Positions 23,901 through 35,900 of a DNA stretch of 64,000 nt are shown here, piece by piece. Made by a program: the position numbers and the translations under genes. This DNA is from Phoronis australis (taxonomy: Eukaryota; Animalia; Phoronida): the NCBI GenBank assembly GCA_002633005.1, contig NMRA01000351.1, positions 359,258 through 423,257 of the forward strand. Reading direction: 5' to 3'. How positions within the stretch are numbered: the first letter of the stretch is position 1; every line of letters begins with the position of its first letter. Under the pieces are notes generated by a model. It was given only the letters and a program-made list of their open reading frames with translations. It was not told where the DNA came from and did not search any database.

Positions 23901-26900
23901 CATTTAAAGGTCATTTTTGAAGTTGCATATTATTTTGCCTCATAAATCTATTCCATTTGTGAATATCAGTCAAAAATTTTTATTGAACATCTTACTTTTA
24001 TTATTCAAAATTTGAACACGGTTGAGACCCACTTGACATATTTGTTTTACTTGTCAATGAGCTTTTCATTCGGGAAACAATTTGAGTAACGAAGAAAGTT
24101 TTTAAATTGAATTGCATGCAAGTGAAACTCAACTTATCTGTTAAAGTGATTTAAATGTTGTAAAGTTGTAAATTTAACACAAAAGCATCTATAGATGAAG
24201 CTTCTTTCCATCAATATTGTTGGTATTTAGACCACTTGCAGCTCTATGGAATTGATTGGCGTGACTCACAAACTTAAACAGCCATTGCAACTTTTTTTCA
24301 AAACAGGGGCATGTAACACATGTACTCAGTAGTAAATTGAGAGTGTGAATCAATTAAAGTGTTTCAACCTCAGAACTAGCAGAACTCTTGATATGCAGGG
24401 GAGGAGACAGTGAGAGAAAGTAAGAGGAGTTGTATGGGAGTTGTGATAGACAAGAGTTTTGCTAATTAGAAAGCGATATTGGTCAAGCTGGAGGAGATTT
24501 GTGGGCTTTGAAAAACAAATTGATAAATTGTTAGTGCTTTAGACGAGGCTTATCAAGCTGACTTTTTTGTACAAAACTTGCACGTTGTTGTGCTTTATTT
24601 TTTTCTACAAATGTCTGCCTGGAATTTTGGGATTTTTGTTTAAGACCTAGTAGTCTGAGAGCTTACACTAAATTTTTCAAGGAATGTTGATGGCGGAGCT
24701 TTTGAGCTGAAACGTCTTTAAAAGAATACTCCACCCAGCCCCATAGTTGCAGCAAATAAGATAAAAAACAAGTTTTTTACAAAAAATACACCATATGTTT
24801 GTGAAAAATATGGCGATCTGCTTGAAAACTCATTGTTTTTTTTTTGAAAAGAAGACGATCGTGTGACTGAATGTGTGGGTGTTGCTTTTGTGCATCTAAA
24901 ACAATATTCTGCAGTCACTGTGGATTGTAATTACTATACATCATATTATTCTATGAGTCTGTAATTAACCCTGATAAGTTATCTTAGAAATTTGATCCTT
25001 GGTAACGACGGTAGCCCATTCCCACCTGCAAGTGTAACTTTGACATGTATGATGATATGGCTTTAGTATTTATTTTGCAAAACTCTTGAGTTGTTTGAAA
25101 AAACATTATTTCAGATATAAGTGCGTAGACCTAAATATGTGCTTTTATGATCTCAGAACCCAGCTGAACTCATCTTTTGTTGAGCCAATACCACAACAGG
25201 GAAAACAAAGATGACAACATTTCAAATCTCAACAATTTTTGAGTTTAATTATTGCTCAAGCAACTGGATCCAGTTAATGGATAATCTCATTTTAAATGCA
25301 GCAAGTATTTGAATTGTGACCTTGCACACCTCATTCATGTGGGCATGTCATGTATGTAGTCATTGTACTTTCACTGTTCTTGGGTTATGTGCCATTCAGT
25401 TAGTCTGGACCACTGGAAAGTTTTTTGTAGATAAAATGTACATGGTAAGAAGCCTGTGTAGGCTTGGTAATTCATAGTTATCTCATGAAGAATTAATTGA
25501 ACAGTCAGAATCTTGCACAACTGCTGCCATTTCTTAATCTACTTGGACATCAACTGCATTTTTGAAGTTTTTCATGATACCAAAAATAGCACAGTAATGA
25601 ACTCCGTTAAAACCAGTTTCTCTATTTCTAACAGCGCAGTCTAGTAGGGACAATTGTACTAGTGCTGTACAAAGAATGTACTTTTGTGTTTTCAGTTGGT
25701 GGAATTTACACTGTAATCAAAACTAAGGCAGCAGTGAGCACGGAAGAGTTGGGTGAACAGTACTGTTTGATTGGCCCATACAATGAGCACTGTGTTAGGA
25801 CTGAAGTGGAGGTTATTGAACCGTCCCAGAGTGAAATGAAAAGTACCATACAGAGCATGCGCGATCATGGAATTCGAGTGAGTTCTTTTCGTACTTCACA
25901 TGTATGGTAGTCGTATGTGGAAATTTTATTGTAAGGCAAATAGAACATCTGATTAGAAGAGGGATCAAAAGCGGCTTGAAATGAGCATTCACATTAAGAC
26001 ATCCTGTATTGCCAGTGAATGGCATTAACATTCATATACAAGTTAAATATTACATATTCTGGACTATCGCATGCGATATCACCATGGGCGAACATAGACA
26101 ACTATTAACAAATTATACCATTGGAATGTAGTCATCTCATGGTAAGAAGGCAAATCAGAAAGATGAGTGTTGCTCATATTGCAAAAATTACTTTCAGATG
26201 ATGAATCAGGTTCTAATGTGCTCTCTTATTGGATTACATTTTGAACGCTTTGTTTAATGCCTGCTTTTCTTCAGTCAGTTTCAGAATCTAATTCTCCTTT
26301 TTTACCCTGTGGAATATTTGATATAAAAGGTTTCATTTTGTGATGGCAGCCCGCTACAAGTTATCAAAATTTGAACAACTATTTCTTTCGCTTCTTTGTT
26401 TTTTTAATGCCTCTTCCATTAACGAGGCACTCTGACCCTTTAAATATCCGATTTAATATAATAAGTTATTAAAATACACTGTAATAGATGTCTGAGGTTG
26501 CAAATTGCAGGTGGTTTTTGGACGCTGGCTAATCGATGGCTACCCAAAGGTTGTTCTCTTTGACATCGGCTCTGCAGCCTGGAAACTTGATGAGTGGAAA
26601 AAGGAATTGTGGGAAGGGACCAGAATTGGAATACCTTGGCACGATCGTGAATCAAACGACGCAGTAATCTTTGGATCTTTGGTTGCCTGGTTCATTGGAC
26701 AAGTAAGTAAAAACTCTCAACTTGAAGTATTTCTGATTTCAAAATCGATCAAGTTGGGCAAGTTGTCCTGGTAGTTTATGAAGCAGGGTTTGAGAAATGT
26801 GTGTCCCGCAATCACGTGGAATGCTGGTAGCAAAACTTTGCTAGCGACTGGGTGTTGGGAACCAGTTGAAAGTTTTGTTGGAAACCTTGCAGTTTGTTTT

Positions 26901-29900
26901 TGATGAGGTGAACAGGGAGTGTGGAAGCAACAGGGGATGTAGGGTAGAAGATTCGCGGCAGTTATAAACACATGGTTTGTTTTTGGCTGAAATATTTAGT
27001 TCCTGAACTTTTTAAAATTGGTAAATATAACTTAGACCATTGATTGCATTAAAATGTGAATTTCAGTTTCGAAGCAATCTTCCTGGTGAACCGTTAATAG
27101 TCGCGCATTTCCACGAGTGGCTTGCTGGAATAGGACTGATTCTACTGAGAACTCGTCGTACCGACTGTTGCACAATATTTACTACTCATGCCACTCTGCT
27201 GGGCCGTTACTTGTGCGCTGGAAGTTCTGATTTCTACAACAATTTAGAACACGTGAGTAGTTGCTCAATCCTGATATTGGCCATTGGTCAAAAATATACC
27301 CAACCATAGACTTATTTAGCAGAAAAGTGTTTGTAAGCATAAGATTAGGTGATGGTCATTTCAGACGTGCATTCCATATGCAAATAGTGCATATTCATTC
27401 AGAAATTTGACTAATAGTATGTAAGTGCACATTGCCTGCAGAAATTTGTAATTCAAAGCAAATTAAGTGACCCCTGTTTTATGCAAGTCTCAATTATGAG
27501 TAATGAATTAAAATGAAAGTGCCAGTGGAGAAAGGTATTAGTTTGTTAATTGGGGCATGTGTTGTTGCTAGTTGTAAAGAGTTAGTTGGTGTGTGTTACA
27601 GTTCAACCTGGACAAGGAGGCGGGTGACCGTGGCATTTACCATCGGTACTGCATGGAGAGGGCCGCAGTACACTGTGCACACGTCTTCACTACTGTGTCA
27701 CAGATAACTGGGATAGAGAGTAAACACCTTCTTCAGCGAGACCCAGGTACTCTCAATGTTAAATTAGAAACATCTTCTTCTTACAATGAGACCCAGGTAC
27801 TCTCAATGTTAAATTAGAAACATTTTCTACTTAAAGTGAGACCCAGGTACTCTCATGTTAAATTAGAAACATCTTCTTCGTACAATGAGACCCAGGTACT
27901 CTCAATGTTAAATTATAAACATTTTCTACTTACAATGAGACCCAGGTACTCTCAATGTTAAATTAAAAACATTTTCTACTTACAGTGAGACCCAGGTATT
28001 CTCATGTTAAATTTGAAACATCTACTTACAATGAGACCCAGGTACTCTCATGTTAAAATAGTAACACCTTCTACTTACAGTGAGACCCAGGTACTCTCAT
28101 GTTAGATTAGAAACACCTTCTTCAGCTAGACCCAGGTACTCAAAAATGTTAAATTAGAAACAACTTTTTCAGCGAAACCCAGTAACTCAATGGACATCAG
28201 AGGAAAACCTGTCATGTCAATTTATTGCAACCAATCTCAGTTCAAAACAAGGTTAAGAATGCTTTGGAAGAGCAAAAATCTGACAGCTTGGCACAAGAAC
28301 ATGACGCTCAACTTTATACTTTCTCTCCAGACCTGTAAAACTACATAATTTCACTTCGGTTCAGTTGTCTAAAGGACAAAATTTAAACCTAGTCAATTAC
28401 CTCAGTCTTAAAATGATCTTGATAAATTTCTCATCATGATGGGACTTTGCCTGAAAGAATATTCACAGCCACTTCGAGTCAAAAAAGCACTGTCTTGTCA
28501 ATGGTTTGGCTGGGCAGCACTTGCTAAATTTGACCATTTTGATTCAGTCGCAGGTTATTACTTTAGTCCAATTGAATATTAAAACTGGTGCTAGTGTAGA
28601 AAGTGGCTTTAATGATGGCTTATTGCGCAGACTTCTCGACATTACATTTATATACAGTAAGTGGAGTGGAGGTGATGATCTACATCATGTTTGTCTCGTA
28701 TTCCTACATAATAATTAAAGTGGACATTATAGTTTTTAATGGGGTGTTGTATTTTGCATAATCGCGCCAAAAGTATTTTGACTGTTGTATTTGACAATTT
28801 GTCTTTTTCAGATGTTATCACACCAAATGGACTCAATTTGTATAGGTTCAGTGCCTTGCACGAGTTCCAAAATCTACACGCTAAATCTAAAGGCAAAATC
28901 AACGAGTTTGTAAGAGGACATTTTCATGGGTAGGTTTTAGTTCACTTGCATGTGCAAGTTTCACTTTGAAATACCAATTGCTGCCTAAATTTAGTCTTTG
29001 AACTAAAGTTCTTACTGTCGCAGGGACCCTTGTCTTGAATTTTTTGTTGCACTGCTATTATCTTGAAGCTCAGGTATCTGATACAATTATGGTAAGCTTT
29101 TATATAATTATTATTTTTTCTTCTAGTAGACTGCAGAGTTTGTACCTGGGACTTTCAGTTGTCACTCGACCAGCTCTCTCACCACTCATAATTAATGGTT
29201 GACTCATTGGCCTTCTGGTGAGAATGCTGGACTCAAAGTGTCCCAGGCTCTAACCCTCCCATCTACCAGAAAACATGTTCGCCATGGGTGTACCAGATAC
29301 CCGTGCTTGTTATTCTAAGAATATTGTAACAACTGAACATGGCTAGAGAAATATCTTATCATTTAGGCGAAAGATTGGTGCAAAAGATTTTTAGACGTGA
29401 TGTTCGTTACTGCTTTTGGTCTGTAATAAGTTACAAGACATTCAGTACGCTATATCTGAAGTCATATTTCTGTTTGTCTTGTTTTAGTCTGTTCATTGTG
29501 ACTGGCCTTTAACTTGATATTTCATGTTCCAGCCACTATGACTTTGATTTGGACAAAACCTTATACTTCTTCATTGCTGGCCGTTATGAGTTCTCTAACA
29601 AGGGTGCTGACATGTTTATAGAAGCCTTGGCAAGACTCAACTTTCACTTACAGGTGAATAAATAATGCTGGAAAATTATTCTCTGGTTGTCATTTCGTAA
29701 GTACAGTTTTGAAAGTGAACTGAATGTCGCCAGTTTTGGACAAAGTTTCAACGCAGGAGTGTGCAGCCAATTATCTCGGTTTTTATTCTGTTGGAACTTC
29801 TTCAAAATGTCCACTGACACATGAAAAATTTTCAGATATGCCGTGCACCACAGCACTACAGTACATCAATGACTCACTTTGTGACCTTAGGTTGTTTCTG

Positions 29901-32900
29901 GTTGTTAATCTACTCGCCATAATGGACGTCACATAGTACAGCTGAGACTGTGTACAATGGTCGTGTTTCACTATAGCACTGGTACTATTCACTCCATCGT
30001 CATGCAGTCCAGATATCATCGTTAACAGATTCCTGCCCCCTCCGTTCACTACCAAATAATTTCCAAAGTTTCTATTCGTCATTGACATACATGCTGGTGC
30101 TGGTAACTGCTACACGTTTATGGGTTCTTCTTAAAAATACTTGTTTATGTTTGCTTTCTTGCTCTGCACTGTCCAAGTGGAGTGTAAGCACCTTCGACTC
30201 GTCTTTACCCTAAACTTTATTTCACAGAGAAACAATCCAGAAATGACCGTGGTTGCATTTCTCATCTTTCCTGCTAAAACCAACAACTTCAATATTGAGT
30301 CTTTACGGGGTCAGGCGATAGCTAAACAACTCAGGGAAACCGTTCAGCAAGTTCAAAGTGACGTTGGCAAACGTATATTTGATGTTTGTCTTAGGTAAGA
30401 TTTAAGCTGAGAATATTTTTTAAAAAACAGCTAGTCCAAGGCAACAGCAATTTATTGTGCAAGCAATTCTCATTCCGGATAGCAGAAAGCGAAATATTAT
30501 TACATGCATGTTGTTTTTTTAAATAATATATATATTATATATGTTTTCAATCATGTTTGTTTTAATGAAGGTCTTTTACCAAACCAGCTGTAGTCACGTA
30601 GAGAAATCTATATTTTATAATTGTTTTTGTGCTCATGTATCCCTGCTGTATGTTCTTCATGTTGTGTGGTTGAAGCATCATTCTACAAGAACCTTGTTTA
30701 AGGTCCTGCTGAGGTGTTCTAAAGATTAAATTCCTCTGCAGGGGTGATATACCAAAGGGTGAAGATTTGTTAACCAATCAAGATTTGGTGAAGCTGAAGA
30801 GATGTATCTATGCAGCTCAGGTGAAATTTTCAAATTTACCAATCACATGATGAGACTATAGTTACCAACATTTCAAAATGAAAAAGCAGGACATCTGGAT
30901 CTAGGCCATATCGCAACACTCAGACACATCATTCCAACGTTTTTTTGTACATATTTGGTTGTGCTTGTGAAATATAATCAAGGAAGGGTATACATAGTGT
31001 GGAAAAACATAGAAATATAAAAGCGTATAACATAGCAGTGTCAATACATGTATATTGATATTTTCTCAAGTTACAAAACGCGGAACATTCTGATGCAATA
31101 GCAGACACGGTATAAAGGTCAGAAAAGCGGGACAGTGTGCCAAAAGCAGGACAGTTGGCAACTGTGTAAGACGGTCTGTCTTGTGCTTTCTGTAATTTCT
31201 GTTATTTGTGTGGGTTAGTTGATAATTTTGTTCTGGTTTATCTACTACACGGTATTCATAAAATATCATGTGTGTTTTAGGTCAGGCCAGCTTTTTGTCT
31301 TTTGAGTTGTTGCGACTTATTAAACGTATTTGTATTTCAGAGTCTGTAGTTGATGTTCGTTATCTCATTCCCACAATACTGATCAGTCTACACTGTTTTC
31401 AGAGTCTGTAGTTGATGTTCGTTATCTCATTCCCACAATACTGATCAGTCTACACTGTTTTCAGAGTCTGTAGTTGATGTTCGTTATCTCATTGCCACAA
31501 TACTGATCAGTCTACACTGTTTACAGAGTCTGTAGTTGATGTTCGTTATCTCATTCCCACAATACTGATCAGTCTACACTGTTTTCAGAGTCTGTAGTTG
31601 ATGTTCGTTATCTCATTCCCACAATACTGATCAGTCTACACTGTTTTCAGAGGAATTCACTGCCGCCCATCTGTACCCACAATGTTGTTGATGATAGCAG
31701 CGACCAGGTGCTCAACAAAATCCGTTCATGTCAGCTGTTCAACAACAGGCATGACAGGGTGAAGGTGAGTGAATGCTTAATATGAAAAACACTTCAGGGG
31801 TGCATTTGTGGACATGTGACATGACATGATTGTACAGACTTGTTAAAAACTGTGGAGATGTATTGTTAATGTGTGGGAATGGCTGTATTTGAAACCATCC
31901 TTTTAAAAACAACGCTTGTTGCATTTAGTGTTATGAAGCAGGAGAAAGAGTGAAATTAGGCCTGTAAAGATGGTGTAGTTGAGTGGACAGGATAGTCAAA
32001 TGACTATGAATTCAAAACACTTCTACTGCAAACAGTAAGTGCTGGATGTTTCCCATCATCATCTAAGCACTACTCAATGTACCTTTCTAAGTTGAAAGAC
32101 ATGGACTGCTCTGTGGAATACATCCATCAAATGGAAAACTGACACACTGCCAAAAAATGCTGATAAGCCACATTTAGCAATCTTCCTAGCACATGCTACA
32201 GCTTTTGTTTGTGCAAAGTTTGAGGTCCCTAGTTCAAGTACAAAAAATATTAACAAAGTTTGGTACCTTTTTCGATAGAATCACCCCGTACAAGACAACA
32301 GCTTTGAATATGTCGCGACTACTTATGCTATGAAATTTATTAGCAACTAGAGATGAATCTGTGCTTTTTTACTGCCATCTGAGAATGATGAATGTGATCT
32401 TGTCTGTTGTAGATCATCTTTCACCCAGAATTTCTAAACACTACCAACCCCCTGTTCAGCATGGATTATGAAGAATTTGTACGTGGTTGTCATTTAGGTG
32501 TTTTCCCGTCTTATTACGAGCCCTGGGGATATACTCCTGGTGAGTAAACCAATCTGGATCAACATGAAATAGTCTGCACCCTGGAAACTATAGGTCTCAC
32601 AAGTCTTTGTCAAACTAGGTGTAAGGGTTTAGGATTGCTAGTCATATTACACATTCATGTAAAACATCTGAGCTTAATCCACATTTAATAGACAAAAAGT
32701 TTTCATCTACAATCATCACAAATCACTTAAATTTTGTTTTTTGATTATTGGTCATCTCTTTTTAAAAGCCTGTCAGTTGACCTTGTCATCACATGACAGT
32801 CGTCTTCGTGATTGACTCCATCCTACTCACCATCTTCTGAATTGAGTTATGATTTCTAAATTGTATGGCTCATCACTGATCACCATGCATGTTCCGGTAT

Positions 32901-35900
32901 ACCCGTGGTTCTTCTTCCAAGATTGCTCATGCTTATAACATCTGAAAATAGTCAGAGGAGTGTTGGGCCAAAAAAGATTCTATTGTGACTCCCTTTTGAA
33001 GTGCTTTCATTGTACTATTTGTTTACAGCCGAGTGATGTGTGATGAGTATACCCAACAGGTGTCTCCCTTTGGGGCACTTTCATTGTATTATTTGCTTAC
33101 CGGCAACCCAGTGCAGTGTGATAGGTATACCCAACAGGTGTCCCTTTTTGGAGTGCTTTCATTGTATTACTTATTTACCGGCAGCCGAGTGCACTGTGGT
33201 GGGTGTACCCAACAGGTGTCTCCCTTTTGGAATGCTTTCATTGTATTACTTGCTTATAGCCGAGTGCACTGTGATGGGTATACCGAACATCTCCACCAAC
33301 CTGTCAGGATTTGGCTGCTTTATGGCTGAACATATTCTTGATCCGACATCATATGGCATCTATATCATTGACCGGAGATTTAAGAGTCCAGAGGAATCAG
33401 TGCAGCAACTAGCCCAGGTAATTATTCATAGAAGGAATGTTATACAAGCTATCCTACTCGAACAACATGGTGGTCGCACTCATAACCAGTTCCTTCCCTT
33501 TCAAAACATGGCACATGGACTTGGTAAACTTGAGTAGTTTACCAACTCACAAACTCGACCCACCGGCCAACAACTATGGTGCTCTTCTCACAGAACTTAG
33601 GTTTCGCACCACAAAATGCTGCCTGGACCATCTCACCATTTCTACATCCGTGTACTGTGTTGAGTGGTTTGTGGGCCGTGTTTGTTCATTCAAACACAAT
33701 TTGTTTGAGTTCATGTGGCGTATTTGTGACTCCTGCACTGTTTGGCAGTTACTGAACTGTAATGTTGAGTGGGTGAATTGAATTTATCGCAGACCCTGAG
33801 CCATGCTTATACTAAAGGAACTAATTTATATTTCTGATTGTGGCTGTGATGTCTTCGGGAGAGACTGTTATGTGTGCGTGAAATGTTCGCACGTATTTTT
33901 CGCCTATGTCTCTTCTGCTGATGTGCTATGTGGTCTCTTCTCTTCAGCTGGTGTTCAGAAACAAGTCAGATAGGCTAAATCATTCACATCAAGGAACTCT
34001 TTATCTTGTGGCGTAAAGTGTGATGGCGCCCACAGCTTCATGTCAACAGATGTGGCTCAGATGATGTTGAGCTGATTGTCGAGTTACATAACTCTTGGTC
34101 TTAACAATTTATTTCTAGAGAGCAATTTATCTCCCCTGTTGATGTGCACTAAGCTACAGTACAAGACAAAAGTAATCACATAAAATACCGTTTCTACGTC
34201 ACGACAGCTAATTCTGTTACGGTAATGGGTGGATATACAGCACACATCACGAAATTTTGTCCGCCCGGTCGGAAATTGGTCGACGACTAGCCGTCGACTG
34301 GTGGGCAAAAAATTAGCCGACCGGCAGCCGCCCGCAGTGCCGACTCATAAGGCGACCCCACAGCTGACCCTTTAGCCGACCGGCCATCAGCCGACCAGCT
34401 GGTCGGCTGCTATTTTTAGGCTAGAGTAGCAGTTGCGTAATAGGTTGTCAGGCTCATAGCACTTTGCGTGTCGATGCATATTCGGCTTAGCACAGGGTCA
34501 AATAAATTAACCTAGTTTTGCTGTCTCGGTTACATGAGTTCACGTCGGTTGTGTAACACCACTACTTCGAAGGTTGAAGGCAAGCGGCATTAGTAAATAT
34601 TGGATTATGGACAATGCAACAAGTTTTGGATGAAAAACGTGAAAGTTTTGTTTACATTTGATCTTTAATTTGACTCCTGACGTTAACAAATTGTATTAGA
34701 TCGGTTGCTTCCCGGTCAATACAACTCTGTATAGTCATTTTATAAACGCAGATGTTTTTCGCAGTCTTCGCCCACAATTGATTTTGTTTGTGTAACGCCA
34801 AACTGCATCGTTTTTGCGTGTTTTAAGTTATTCACCGGTCTCCTATCACGCGCCCATGATGAAGGATTAGTGAGTGAGTTGTTACACCGCGAAGAGTTCT
34901 CATTCCGGGGATTTTATTTTCATAGTATTGACCCTTGCAGTACAGACGCTAAATTCACGGTCCGGTATGCCCTACACCCACGGACTTCGATGGCTCTAAC
35001 TTCGAAATCATACTATGGTTACGATTTCCACGAATTAAGACGGTGACATCAAACATGGAATGACCACTGTTGAGGCTACAGCCAATTATTGTAGCTTTGC
35101 GCATTCTGTTTTCATGTATCGGTGACATTAAAATCTGGGCTAGTTACATGTACACGTCCGTAGGCCCCTATCAGTTGGTCGTTCAGGTTGTTCCAAAAAT
35201 AAATATTTTCTGTCAACAACATATTGACAAATTATGTAAAATAAAACAATTGTGAACGGGAAGATGTGAATACGTGGTGAAAAGGTATTTGTCTCTAAGC
35301 GGCATATGTGCGTGAATCTTTGGTAAAGTGATTGCGATGGCAAAAAAATGATAGAAAATACATCAAGGTGCACTTTTGAGAAGCAAAGCGTCTGGTGATA
35401 TTTATAGCGTTTGATCTGGCAACCTCAGGTAGTAAGTGACGCTGAATGAGAAGTAGCAACTACATGTTTGGCTTGTAACGCCACCCCTCTCCGAGTTTTG
35501 CCAATTCTAATCAGTCACCACTCGAGATTTAGTTCCGTTTCAGTCCTAAAATCACAAAATAATTCTTCTGTGCTCAGCTGTAAGAAAAAAATGCAATTTT
35601 TTGAAATGGTGCTCAGTCTTAAAAAAGTTTCCAGCATGAGAACGCTTTATCAGAAATGCCAAGCACACGCAGCGTTACGTTGGCGTTTCCATATGTCCAC
35701 ATTCCGTATGTCCACAAAAGTGCTTTGAGCAGTGTTTACAAATTTGTTCATTTCGCTTTTCTACACTGACGACTATGGTCAACACGGTGTTTTAAAAAAG
35801 AGGGCATTTTCAAAAATAAATGTTTGGTTAATGAATTCACTGAGTCGGTGCCCACGGGCAGAAAACGTATCTGCGTAAAGAAAGAGTTGTGTTTTCAAAA

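Noticed and set aside
29200-29310. tRNA-like A/B-box remnants (also near 38300-38327 and 54390-54430 on the minus strand)
   Set aside because: Too degenerate for a tRNA; at most old SINE heads, and boundaries cannot be supported.
27738-31652. Regularly spaced repeats as a CRISPR-like array
   Set aside because: Units are contiguous with no unique spacers, there are no cas genes, and the context is eukaryotic introns.
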